64,000 bases of DNA from Candidatus Hodarchaeota archaeon (GTDB taxonomy: Archaea > Asgardarchaeota > Lokiarchaeia > Sigyniarchaeales > SOKP01). The position numbers and the translations under genes are program-made. Positions 28,670-38,826 of this stretch are shown in pieces; the stretch's first letter is position 1, and every line of letters begins with the position of its first letter. The DNA is taken from positions 17,576 through 81,575 of the forward strand of contig JBHLKM010000012.1 of assembly GCA_048886685.1 (NCBI GenBank), given 5' to 3'. The notes under the pieces are model-generated. The model was given only the letters and a program-made list of their open reading frames with translations, was not told where the DNA came from and did not search any database.

Positions 28670-30817
28670 CTATTCAAATTTCTCTATCGCTCGTGAATGT
28701 TTTTTTATTCCTTTATAAATTGCAAAAGCAGAAAATCCAGCAATTCCGATGGTCAAAACTAGAGAAAATGGAAGTATATAATTTATTATTGGTTTTGGAA
28801 TAGTAAATCTAAAGGTTTCATTATAAAAAACTTCGGTATTGTTAGCATAATCTCTAACGAAAAGAAAATAAGAATAATCACCTGGCATTAATCTTTCTAG
28901 ATTAAATGTGAAATGACTTTTATTATCTAAAAAACCATTCGATGAGGTAAAATAAGCATAATCTGTAAAGTTATTGCTAGAAATGAATAAATATATACTT
29001 TCTATTCCTGAACGGTTATCTGAAACCTCAATATTGAAAGATATCATATTTGATGTTGAAGGGTTTTTTGGAAGATAAGAAATTTCATGTAAATTTGGTT
29101 TAGTATTATCTAAAGAAGTGGAGAAATTGAAAAATGAAGGGATTAGGTTATGACCCGTAATAGTTACATTATATTCCTCACTAACCTGTTTGGGTAAACG
29201 AAATTTAGCAATTCCATTAATATTAGCATATGTAGTGAAGTATTTACCATCAGATGTTCTAAAATGAACTCTCGCATATGGAACAGTTGAATTATTAATG
29301 TCTTTGATTATAACCGACATAAGTCCTCCCTCATAATAATTTTCGTTGAATGGATTCATTGCCTTTTTTGGATTATTTGTGTAAATATCAACCTCAGGAT
29401 CCCCTAAAAGGTTATAGGTTAGAATATTTTTGCGTTCGAAATCATAAACAGTTGAGCCAGGTCCCTTGGTATAATAATCACTGTTTATATACGAAACTTT
29501 CGAATCATATAATGCTCTTCCTTGTTGAAATTTCTTTTGGTTAAAGAACTCTTCCCAAAATAACTTTGCATTTCCCCGATTTAATTTTTCAAGATTTTCA
29601 TCATTTTCAAAATACCATGTAACTCTTAATCCACCAATTACTCCTATCGCACCAGCATTCATTCTCTTTATTAGTGTTTCCCCAATACTTTCATCATTAA
29701 TATCATAACTAGACATAGAACAAGCATCAAGATAAACTAAAGAAGGCATATTGATATTAGAACATGTATTAGCATCTGAAGAAGTATATCCTATATTAAG
29801 AGGATCAATAAAATATGATGTAGGAGAACCATGGCCTGCCATGATAACTGATGAATAACCTCCATCGAAATAGCTATTGAGAATTGAACTTGTAAGGTTT
29901 CCTCCTTCCTTTATTAAATGGGTATAATTCACAACTGATTTTGCATAATTTTGTATAATATAACTCGTTAGATCACTTTCATATTCTCCAGAATCTACAC
30001 CAGAAACACTATAGCTTGAAATCCCTCCAGCTAATAACATTCTATTTGTCCAATTTCCAAAACTAGGATTAGTTTCATATTTTAAGGTCTTATTTACCAT
30101 AATTTCAAGTTCATATGCATCATTTGCAGGAAATCGTCCAACATAGACTTCTGGTATCCATGAGATTTCATCTAAACCATGACTAGTGTCTTCTGGAGCC
30201 TCACCCCAATTTCCATCTCCTTCATTTTCAAATCCATCGTTATCCCAAGAACTTGTAAGATCCGCATAATAGAAATCTGTAGGTTTATAATACTCACCTC
30301 CAATTGATTCAGTTCGTCCGTTACCCCAACGTATCACATCCGGGTTATATACATATCGGATGGGGATTAAATCATCTTGAGCATCTCCCGCTAATAGTAC
30401 CCACCTAATTTTTTCTTTTTCATAGTAAGACTTTATCATTTTTCGAATTTTAGTAGCATTATCATCATCAACATCCCCATATACCGACCAATTACTTAAA
30501 ATTATTGTTTTTACTCCTTTTTCATTTTTCCAATCTCTCAATGGTTTTAAAGCGTCAATAAAATCGGTTCTATTCGGAGAAATAATTAACATTTCAACTT
30601 TTGGATTATACCAAAGATCATTCAATGAGTCATAATCTATTTCTGGTATGAAAGATAAATCGATTTCAGGATATCCATTAGTAGACAGAGAAATATCTGA
30701 GGTATTCAAATTTTCAAAATGAATATAAGGATTGATAAAAAAAACACTAATTACCAAGGTAATAATTATTATAACAAGTGACGCTGACCCTAACTTCTTT
30801 GATAAAAATTTTACCAT
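28670..30817 (-). CDS. membrane-anchored peptidase C25 (gingipain family)
   Basis: VLLAGD, TDFYYADL, VGRFP, catalytic AGHG and DACS, YNLLGDP; N- and C-terminal TM. Confidence 0.9.
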   Translation of the reverse strand: MVKFLSKKLGSASLVIIIITLVISVFFINPYIHFENLNTSDISLSTNGYPEIDLSFIPEIDYDSLNDLWYNPKVEMLIISPNRTDFIDALKPLRDWKNEKGVKTIILSNWSVYGDVDDDNATKIRKMIKSYYEKEKIRWVLLAGDAQDDLIPIRYVYNPDVIRWGNGRTESIGGEYYKPTDFYYADLTSSWDNDGFENEGDGNWGEAPEDTSHGLDEISWIPEVYVGRFPANDAYELEIMVNKTLKYETNPSFGNWTNRMLLAGGISSYSVSGVDSGEYESDLTSYIIQNYAKSVVNYTHLIKEGGNLTSSILNSYFDGGYSSVIMAGHGSPTSYFIDPLNIGYTSSDANTCSNINMPSLVYLDACSMSSYDINDESIGETLIKRMNAGAIGVIGGLRVTWYFENDENLEKLNRGNAKLFWEEFFNQKKFQQGRALYDSKVSYINSDYYTKGPGSTVYDFERKNILTYNLLGDPEVDIYTNNPKKAMNPFNENYYEGGLMSVIIKDINNSTVPYARVHFRTSDGKYFTTYANINGIAKFRLPKQVSEEYNVTITGHNLIPSFFNFSTSLDNTKPNLHEISYLPKNPSTSNMISFNIEVSDNRSGIESIYLFISSNNFTDYAYFTSSNGFLDNKSHFTFNLERLMPGDYSYFLFVRDYANNTEVFYNETFRFTIPKPIINYILPFSLVLTIGIAGFSAFAIYKGIKKHSRAIEKFE

Positions 30818-30920
30818 CTAGTATCAATAAAAATTGTTATTATTTATTTAATTTTAGAAATAATAAAATAGAAATAAGAATCTAATTATTATAAAAATAA
30901 ATTGTTGGATTATTACAATT

Positions 30921-31139
30921 ATGCCTTTTAGGTTTAACACATGTCCTCATTGTGACGAGAAAATTATATTTAAAATTGAATTAGGGGATATTGATTCTAA
31001 CCAGTATCCTGCTCCAGTTTATATCGTATGTAAAAATTGTAACAAAATATCTACTTTCTATGTAGATAGCCTATTGAGAATATCTTATAAAGAGCTTGAA
31101 AAAAAACCTGGTGGTATAACAACAATTCATACCGAATAA
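30921..31139 (+). CDS. small Zn-ribbon protein
   Basis: CPHC...CKNC. Confidence 0.65.
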   Translation: MPFRFNTCPHCDEKIIFKIELGDIDSNQYPAPVYIVCKNCNKISTFYVDSLLRISYKELEKKPGGITTIHTE

Positions 31140-31265
31140 ATTATTTTTTAAGCAATATTTTTTAAAAGAATTAGGTTTATTGATTAATTTAATAAAAAAT
31201 CTTTTCTTAATGTTTCATAGGGAAATATTTATACAGCAACTAAAATACCTAAATTTTATACTAAC

Positions 31266-32828
31266 ATGTCCTATGAATTAGAAGATATTTCGGGAATTGG
31301 TAAATCAATCGCGGAAAAAATGAAAGCGGCAGGAATAGATTCAATTGAAAAACTGGTTGCTGTAAAACCCAATGATTTAGTAAAATTAAAAATAAAAGGC
31401 GTAGGAAAGGCAACAGCAGAAAAAATTATTACTAGTGCTAAAGAGATTTTTGAGGAAGTAGGTGGAAAAATAAAGTCTTCAGTAGTAATAAAAGAAAAAA
31501 CTGAGGAGGATGTTACTTCAAAACCTAAACCAAAACCAGATTCTAAGGTAAAAGGATCTGAAATAAAAGAATTAATTAGACAACAAGCAGAATGTAATAT
31601 TGGTCTTGTAGGCCATGTAGATCACGGTAAAACCACCTTAGTTAAATCTTTAACAGGGGATTGGACTGATCGACATTCTGAAGAGCAAGAAAGAGGCATT
31701 TCGATAAAATTAGGATATTCTAATGCGACGATTCTTTATTGTCCTTCATGTAATGAATATACAACTGCCTACCTTGCAGAAAAAAACAGGAAGAAGGGAC
31801 AACCTCGATTTATTTGTTCAAAATGTAATGGTAACTTAGAATTTAGGCGTAATATTTCTTTTGTAGATGCACCAGGTCACGAGATTTTGATGGCAACCAT
31901 GTTAAGTGGAGCCTCCTTGATGGATGGAGCATGTCTTTTAATAGCTGCTGACGAACAATGTCCTCAACCTCAAACTCGGGAACATTTAGCTGCTTTAAAT
32001 ATTGCAGGGATTAAAAATATTATAATATTGCAAAATAAAATTGATGCTGTTTCTCGAGAACAAGCTTTAGAAAATTACCAACAGATCAAAGAATTTGTAA
32101 AAGGTACAGTAGCTGAGAACGCCCCAATTATACCTGTATCAGCAGTTTTTGAGTCAAATATGCATCTTGTTGTGAAAGCTTTTGAAGAAATAATCCCAAC
32201 TCCAGAGTTTAAAGAAGATGAATCATTTCAATTTTTAATAGCAAGATCGTTTGATATTAATCGCCCTGGTAAAGAGATTATTGATTTAAAAGGTGGTGTA
32301 ATAGGGGGATCTGTATTAAAAGGAAAAATTGAAGTAGGGGATCAAATAGAAATTAAACCAGGAATTCGTATTAAGGATGAATATATCCCGATAAAATCTA
32401 AGGTAGTAAGCATTAGTCAAGGAAATAATTATTTGAAAACTGCTAAACCGGGTGGATTAATAGGTTTAGGTACAAACTTAGATCCTGCTTTAACTAAAGG
32501 TGATCATCTAATTGGACATTTAGTTGGAGGACCTGGAACTCTTCCAGGAATATTAACTGAAGTTGAGTTAAATGTCCATCTTTTAGATCGAGTGATTGGT
32601 TCTGAAGTCCAAATGAAGGTTCAACCTCTCAAACATGGCGAAAAATTGTTATTAGTTGTTGGGACAGAAAAGACTGGAGGAACCGTAACAAAAATATTAA
32701 AAAATTCGACTATAATAAAACTTACTCCACCTATATGTCCTCCTGAGAACTTCATTTATGCAATTTCTCGTATAATTAATAGACGTTATCGTTTAATAGG
32801 ATATGGTGAAGAAATTAATCATACTTAA
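31266..32828 (+). CDS. eif2g: translation initiation factor aIF2 gamma with N-terminal HhH extension
   Basis: GHVDHGKT, ERGISIKLGY, Zn knuckle, DAPGHE, QNKID, RSFDIN, YRLIGYG. Confidence 0.95.
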   Translation: MSYELEDISGIGKSIAEKMKAAGIDSIEKLVAVKPNDLVKLKIKGVGKATAEKIITSAKEIFEEVGGKIKSSVVIKEKTEEDVTSKPKPKPDSKVKGSEIKELIRQQAECNIGLVGHVDHGKTTLVKSLTGDWTDRHSEEQERGISIKLGYSNATILYCPSCNEYTTAYLAEKNRKKGQPRFICSKCNGNLEFRRNISFVDAPGHEILMATMLSGASLMDGACLLIAADEQCPQPQTREHLAALNIAGIKNIIILQNKIDAVSREQALENYQQIKEFVKGTVAENAPIIPVSAVFESNMHLVVKAFEEIIPTPEFKEDESFQFLIARSFDINRPGKEIIDLKGGVIGGSVLKGKIEVGDQIEIKPGIRIKDEYIPIKSKVVSISQGNNYLKTAKPGGLIGLGTNLDPALTKGDHLIGHLVGGPGTLPGILTEVELNVHLLDRVIGSEVQMKVQPLKHGEKLLLVVGTEKTGGTVTKILKNSTIIKLTPPICPPENFIYAISRIINRRYRLIGYGEEINHT

Positions 32829-32866
32829 ATTAGTATAATCATCCCAAATCCGTATATAGAAGCTAT

Positions 32867-33193
32867 TTATGATGAATAGGAGAGAAATATCTCGCGGATT
32901 TTTCCCTTGATGAGACATAACGAGGGATCAACACTGCTAAATATTTTCTCTAAAGCTTTTACTACCTCTTTATCGATATCAGAATTACTTGATTTTGTGA
33001 TAGTTTGCTTTGTTTCATACAGAACCATAGTGCTTTCAACTTTGGCTAAAAAATGGAGTACAATTTCTATATCTACTTTACTGGATAGACTATTACTAGT
33101 AATTTCTTTGAATTCATAGAATATTTCACCCATTACACGTTTCTCCAAAAAACCAATAAAATCATCAATATTATCACAAAAAATAACGATCAA
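32867..33193 (-). CDS. hypothetical protein
   Basis: 108-aa ORF 6 bp downstream of the preceding minus-strand gene. Confidence 0.65.
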   Translation of the reverse strand: MIVIFCDNIDDFIGFLEKRVMGEIFYEFKEITSNSLSSKVDIEIVLHFLAKVESTMVLYETKQTITKSSNSDIDKEVVKALEKIFSSVDPSLCLIKGKIREIFLSYSS

Positions 33194-33199
33194 AATTAG

Positions 33200-34900
33200 T
33201 TATCTTAATTTTTTATTCTTTATATAAAATATAACGCCAAAAATTAGGATAATCCCGGAAATACCTCCAAAGATCAAAATCCAGAAAGGAAAGTGAATAA
33301 CGTTGGTATACACATAATTAATTTCCTTGGATGTCGAAATTATAGCTTCTTTTACAACTCTTCCCTCCCAATACACTTTTATTGTATAATTTCCTCTGGG
33401 AACATTATATAAGACAATTTTCCCATTTTCATCCGATATACTAGGGATAATTGGCTGAATATTTTGATTTGAGATATACGTCCCATAAGTTGCCCCAAAA
33501 TGAAAAACTTCAATTTTTGCTCCCACTAAGGGCATTTTAATACTATCAGTAATAACTATTTTCAACTTCTGAAATGCGAGATATTTAATTGATACGGGGC
33601 AAGTTTCACCAACAAATAAAAATGGTATAGTTACATTCAAACCCAACCTTTTATTTGTAATAGAAAAATTAGCATCAGCAAATAATACCTCTCTATCGAA
33701 TAATGAATAAGCCTCTATCGTTTCTTCAAAATAAATATTCGGTTCATAGAATTCTACATTTTGTAAGTAAACATGCGGAGGTCCCGATACTAAACTACAA
33801 AAATAAATTCTTTCCCTTATTTCTCGCTGAGCTATAAGTCTGTCTATAGCCCATGAACTTCCAACTGGTTCTTCAAATCTTAACTTAAAAGTACTAGTGA
33901 AATTAAGTGAAAAAGAGCTAGTAGCTGGGGTAAAGAGGTCTGAAAGTTTTATTTGCACTGATTTATCAGGATTTAAATGAGTATTAAGATTAACTTCACT
34001 TCCTCTTAAGGCCAATTTTTGATAATTAAATTTCTCCTTATCTAATGGGTTAACTGTTAAAGCAACATACCAAGTAGTAATCGGTAAAGTCTGACCTACG
34101 ACAAAAGCATGTTTCTGCCCGAATAGATCAAATTTATAATTTAGTTCTACTATAAATTCTTGCTCTACTTCAGTTATTTCTAAGATTTGACCTTCATTTT
34201 GCTCTATTGCCCATCCTGAAAGAGCTAAATCGAATTCCCATATAAGATACATATCAAAATTGAAAATACGACCTTCTTGGAAATAATCTTCATAATAGAA
34301 TACAAGAAATCCAGCGTTATCAATGGTAAAATCAACTCCTTCTGTTAGGTTACTTATAACAGAGCCATTATTGACATAAAATTCTAATAGTTTTGCATTT
34401 ACATAACGGGAGTGATAGATCATATATCTTGCTTCTGAATTATTATATTCTACGTGTAAAGTCTCATTAAATTTGATAGTGATATATATTTTATCACTAA
34501 TAGTATCATCTAAATTGTCTATTATGGCTGGACTTGTAGTTTCAAGAAACTCCATGTATTTAATATTTACCTTTAAAGATTCGTTGCTAAGATCTTCAAT
34601 AATAAGTGGATGATTAACATTATGATTAAAAAATCCAATTGTAAGAGAGCTAAAATCAATATCATCTACAGTTATATTTCCTAATCCATGTTTAGCTGTT
34701 GTTAGTATTTCTGTGTAATTGTCTTTTGTAAATTTATTTATATTAAGGGTATTTTCTTGACCATAAATCTTACTTAGGTCGATGTTAGAAAAAATTTTAA
34801 AATTTGTAAATAAAACGGGGATAATGATAGTTATAATCATCAAAACAAGCAGACCTAGCTTTTTAGAAACTATGGTGTGATTCCTAGTTTTAATAGCCAT
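33200..34900 (-). CDS. membrane-anchored surface protein with carboxypeptidase-regulatory-like domain
   Basis: N-terminal TM, PLVGAKIE...SDENGK...GNYTIKVYW, C-terminal TM with basic tail. Confidence 0.75.
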   Translation of the reverse strand: MAIKTRNHTIVSKKLGLLVLMIITIIIPVLFTNFKIFSNIDLSKIYGQENTLNINKFTKDNYTEILTTAKHGLGNITVDDIDFSSLTIGFFNHNVNHPLIIEDLSNESLKVNIKYMEFLETTSPAIIDNLDDTISDKIYITIKFNETLHVEYNNSEARYMIYHSRYVNAKLLEFYVNNGSVISNLTEGVDFTIDNAGFLVFYYEDYFQEGRIFNFDMYLIWEFDLALSGWAIEQNEGQILEITEVEQEFIVELNYKFDLFGQKHAFVVGQTLPITTWYVALTVNPLDKEKFNYQKLALRGSEVNLNTHLNPDKSVQIKLSDLFTPATSSFSLNFTSTFKLRFEEPVGSSWAIDRLIAQREIRERIYFCSLVSGPPHVYLQNVEFYEPNIYFEETIEAYSLFDREVLFADANFSITNKRLGLNVTIPFLFVGETCPVSIKYLAFQKLKIVITDSIKMPLVGAKIEVFHFGATYGTYISNQNIQPIIPSISDENGKIVLYNVPRGNYTIKVYWEGRVVKEAIISTSKEINYVYTNVIHFPFWILIFGGISGIILIFGVIFYIKNKKLR

Positions 34901-35198
34901 GATTGAGCTTTTATTTTTAGAACTTTAAAGTCAGAAATTTAAAATAAATTAATAAATTTTTCCTAAGATTTTAATTTTTACCTTGATTTATGGAAAAAGG
35001 CAAAAACCAAATCGGAATATTTATAATTTTGGAATTCATTTGAGAGTTATCAGAATTTAAACAAAATAGAAAAATAGAAGATTTATACAATAGACCATTC
35101 ATAATTTAGGATTTTTTGAATTATGATTCCCTATTAATGCATATAATGACAAGAAAATATTATAAAACTTCAAGTATTTTAGTAATTTATTGAGATAA

Positions 35199-36578
35199 AT
35201 GACCAAGAAACCAGATAAAGCAAAATTTTTGGAGGATTTTAATAATGCCGTAGATCACTTTGTTGATCATTCATATCCGAGAATTATGACTATTTCCCAT
35301 AATGATGCAGATGGGATTAGTAGTCTGCATATTATCCAGAATTTATTATATCAACTAAAAGTAGATTATGATTATTTTATATATAACAGATCTGTTTCTT
35401 GGGAAAATTATTTAACAGGAATTTTATCTAAAAGACAAAGTGAAAAAACTGCATTTATTTTAACTGACTTAGGTTCTAATTTAACAGAATTAATTCCTAT
35501 TATTAACAAAAGACAAGAGCATTTTTTTATCCTTGATCATCATGAAGTAGAAGATGATATAAGATTTAGTAATTTACCTGAAAACTTATTTTTCGTAAAT
35601 CCCACTATTCATGGTTTTGATGGTCTTGAACATATTTCTGGGGCAACTCTAGCATATATGTTCGCTAAGCAAATAAAACCCTCAATAGTAAAACAAGGGT
35701 GGCTTACAATAATAGGAATTGCTGGAGACTCTTTAAAGTCAATGGATAAACTTCAATCATTTAATCGAGAAATATATGAAGAATTAATAAACGAAGAACT
35801 TGTTGAGGATAAAGAAGGGCTTGTATTATTTGGAAGCATGCACGATTCCATTAAAAACTGTTTAAAATTCAGTATTTTACCTTATATTCATGGAATTGGT
35901 GGTGAATCAGATAATAATATTAAATCTTTTTTAAAGTCTATACAAATAGATCCAACGAAGAAAGTAGTTGATCTAAATCAAGATGAAGTCAATGCAATTC
36001 AACAAAAATTAGATGTGGCTAGCTATGGTCATTATGCATTATTACCACATAAGGTAGGATTGCTAAAATTTGCATTTGAACACGCTCTCTTATTGAATAT
36101 CCTATGTTTTAAAAACATTAGCGCTGCAATATCAATTACACAATTAAAAACCATTACTCGTTATGCCAAGAACTTATATATGGATTATATAAATAATCTG
36201 GTAAAGGATTTAAAAACTGTTTCAAATGAATTACCTACTTTGGAAACAGAAAAAGCAATATTTATGGAAGTAAAAGGAAAAATACCTCCTAGCGACTGGT
36301 CAGATACAGCCAGTTTCAGTGCTGTAAACCAACTCTTTAATCCTTTAAAAATTTTATTTTTAGGTGGTTTAGAATTGAAATCAGGAACAATTAAATTAAG
36401 TATTAGATGTTCAAGAAGATACCTCGAAATTAATAATGGAAATGGGGTAAACAAAATCATTTCAAGAATAAAAAATGAATTGGGAGGTGTAGGCGGAGGA
36501 CACAAGCTTGCTGGAGGTATTAGGCTATCAAAACCTTCTTATAATCGACTAAAAGATAGAATTGATGAGTTTATTTAA
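35199..36578 (+). CDS. DHH phosphoesterase, RecJ/GAN(Cdc45)-like
   Basis: HNDADG, TDLG, LDHH, GGGHKLAGG. Confidence 0.88.
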   Translation: MTKKPDKAKFLEDFNNAVDHFVDHSYPRIMTISHNDADGISSLHIIQNLLYQLKVDYDYFIYNRSVSWENYLTGILSKRQSEKTAFILTDLGSNLTELIPIINKRQEHFFILDHHEVEDDIRFSNLPENLFFVNPTIHGFDGLEHISGATLAYMFAKQIKPSIVKQGWLTIIGIAGDSLKSMDKLQSFNREIYEELINEELVEDKEGLVLFGSMHDSIKNCLKFSILPYIHGIGGESDNNIKSFLKSIQIDPTKKVVDLNQDEVNAIQQKLDVASYGHYALLPHKVGLLKFAFEHALLLNILCFKNISAAISITQLKTITRYAKNLYMDYINNLVKDLKTVSNELPTLETEKAIFMEVKGKIPPSDWSDTASFSAVNQLFNPLKILFLGGLELKSGTIKLSIRCSRRYLEINNGNGVNKIISRIKNELGGVGGGHKLAGGIRLSKPSYNRLKDRIDEFI

Positions 36579-36611
36579 CCTTTATATTGAAATCTATTCT
36601 GTTAATGAATA

Positions 36612-36908
36612 ATGAGATTCCTCGAAAAAATTGATGGTCATACTTTCATTCTCCATATCAATGTTAAACCAAATTCGAGAAAGCAAGATTTAATTGAAAA
36701 TGATAAATTTCTTACAATTTATGTTAGATCTAAAGCTTTTAAGAATAAGGCAAATAAAGAACTAATTAACTTACTTAAAACTAAGCTAGAAATCAATCTA
36801 CATCATATTAAGATAGTATCAGGATTGAAAAGTACAAATAAGGTTGTAAAACTGCATTTTTTAGAAAAACGGGAAAAACAATCACTAATCAACAAATTAT
36901 TTGACTAA
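36612..36908 (+). CDS. DUF167 (YggU-like) protein
   Basis: VKPNS, NKANKELI, IVSGLKSTNK. Confidence 0.85.
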   Translation: MRFLEKIDGHTFILHINVKPNSRKQDLIENDKFLTIYVRSKAFKNKANKELINLLKTKLEINLHHIKIVSGLKSTNKVVKLHFLEKREKQSLINKLFD

Positions 36909-36920
36909 CAATCTTTATTA

Positions 36921-37271
36921 TTAACTTCCTATTTTTATATGACGACCACATTGTAAACAGGTTATAAAATGAGTTGGTCCTTCATCAGCCCTCCGTGTTT
37001 GTCTTGACTCTAGATGTGCTTTTGTATATCCGCAGCTAGGGCATTTAAAATCCTTGATAGTGCTTTTTAAATGTTTTTCTTTCCAATTCATAACTTCAGT
37101 TAAGTTCGTAACTTCATTTCTAACAGAATGTTCAATTTTCATAGACACTTTATATGCTTCCGACTTTTCCTCAGAGAAATCTTTTATTGCTCCACATTTA
37201 CACTTAAACACTTTTTTTCCTTTTACATTCGATGGGAGCATCATTGAACCGCAATCATCACAAAACTCCAT
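36921..37271 (-). CDS. tfs: transcription factor S (TFS/RpoM)
   Basis: MEFCDDCGSMM, CPSC, QTRRADE, CLQCG. Confidence 0.9.
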   Translation of the reverse strand: MEFCDDCGSMMLPSNVKGKKVFKCKCGAIKDFSEEKSEAYKVSMKIEHSVRNEVTNLTEVMNWKEKHLKSTIKDFKCPSCGYTKAHLESRQTRRADEGPTHFITCLQCGRHIKIGS

Positions 37272-37346
37272 AAAAATTTGATCCTTATAGGTATGATTTA
37301 AAACTAAATTAAATAAATTAATTCTGCCAAATAATTTTTTTGGAAT

Positions 37347-38321
37347 CTATAATCTTAACCCAAATATCAATGCACAAAAAATAATCCCAGCAATAAGATC
37401 TGCTGTAGTACCTGGATTTAATTTCCCTCTTTTTTCTTGTAGCTCTCTATCTAATTTGATAGTAAGATCTAATCCTTCTTCAGATGAAATTCCTCCCTTT
37501 TCTAATATTTTAGATGCAGAATTTGATACATAAAGAGCAGATTCTTTTCCTGATTTTCTTATTATAAGTGTATCTGGATGATCCGAAAGAATTTTTAAGA
37601 AAGTATTTACGGTTGCAATATTTGGATCACCATATCGATTATATGCTTCAAGTAGGTAAGGTAATCCCTCGTTTAAGGTAATATTAAATCCTGTTGAATA
37701 TTCAGAGCTAATTGAGTCATAATCTTTCGAAAGTTCAAATATTTGTCTTAACTTAATTTTTTCTGCCCTAATTTCTCTAAAGGAATTTTCATCATTAATA
37801 TCGTATTTCTTGATCGTTCCTAATCCTCCAGGATTAGATAACCTTATAGCTCTATAGAGATTTATTGTATCATCTACTGTGGACTCATCAATGATTTTAT
37901 TTAAATAATGTTTGAAATCGGAAAAATGATATCTATTATTTTTTAGACATACTACAGTAGCAGCAGTAAGAGGAGCTAATATTAAAATGTGTCCAAGTAA
38001 TACATTTCCTCCACTTTGCCATTTTATCATCTGTTCTACAGCTTCCTTAAAGAAGCATCCTAACTCTATAAATCTATAATTCTTATCATCAATAAAAGAG
38101 AATTGAAATATTTTTTCACAAAATTTCCTGAAAGTTGGTTGAATAGCCGCTATTCCACCTAAGAAATGTTCAAATCTCGTGTCATCAAAATCTTTAGTTC
38201 GATGTACATTCCCAGGTTTAGGCCAACCCGCAACCTCCAATAAACTTGCTAAATTAATACATCTCATCAAGTCTTCTATTGATTTTATGGATAATACGAG
38301 CTTGGTCTTTTTTGTAGACAC
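37347..38321 (-). CDS. citG: triphosphoribosyl-dephospho-CoA synthase (CitG) family
   Basis: LEV..PKPGNVHR, NVLLG, PDTLI.RK, LNPGTTADL. Confidence 0.88.
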   Translation of the reverse strand: MSTKKTKLVLSIKSIEDLMRCINLASLLEVAGWPKPGNVHRTKDFDDTRFEHFLGGIAAIQPTFRKFCEKIFQFSFIDDKNYRFIELGCFFKEAVEQMIKWQSGGNVLLGHILILAPLTAATVVCLKNNRYHFSDFKHYLNKIIDESTVDDTINLYRAIRLSNPGGLGTIKKYDINDENSFREIRAEKIKLRQIFELSKDYDSISSEYSTGFNITLNEGLPYLLEAYNRYGDPNIATVNTFLKILSDHPDTLIIRKSGKESALYVSNSASKILEKGGISSEEGLDLTIKLDRELQEKRGKLNPGTTADLIAGIIFCALIFGLRL

Positions 38322-38371
38322 AACTAAATATAATTATTATATTATATAATAATATTTAGTAAAAACAAGAA

Positions 38372-38686
38372 TTAGTAATAACTTAACTCAATTAATTTCT
38401 TTTCCTTTACTGTATAACCTTCTTTATCTCCTAATTTTAATGAAATAGGTCTGAAATCCTTATTTAATCCTTTTTTATATAAGAATTTTTTGATTCTAAG
38501 TTTTAAAGCTCTTTTAGATAATTTGAAGGGCATTGAGATTATAATTTCATTCCTGTCACGGTTAAGGGTAATTTGGGGAAGTGTTTCTGCTAAAAATCTT
38601 ACTAAATCCTCAACGTGTTGATCACTTTTAAAACTTAAATCCTTGATATTTACTGTAATTTCTTTAATTTCATCTTCACTCATCAT
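38372..38686 (-). CDS. rpl22e: ribosomal protein eL22-like
   Basis: SKRALKLRIKKFLYKKGL...FRPIS...YTV resembles eL22 SKRYLKYLTKKYLKK. Confidence 0.75.
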   Translation of the reverse strand: MMSEDEIKEITVNIKDLSFKSDQHVEDLVRFLAETLPQITLNRDRNEIIISMPFKLSKRALKLRIKKFLYKKGLNKDFRPISLKLGDKEGYTVKEKKLIELSYY

Positions 38687-38826
38687 TAAATCACTCTGTA
38701 ATATAATTATAAATATTATTAATTTTTTATGATTTTAATAATATAATTCATTATCTTAATTTCTATTTAAGAAATTTCGAGTTTTTCCCAACAAATAAAA
38801 GTTTGAACATTTAGTGGTGAAATAAG

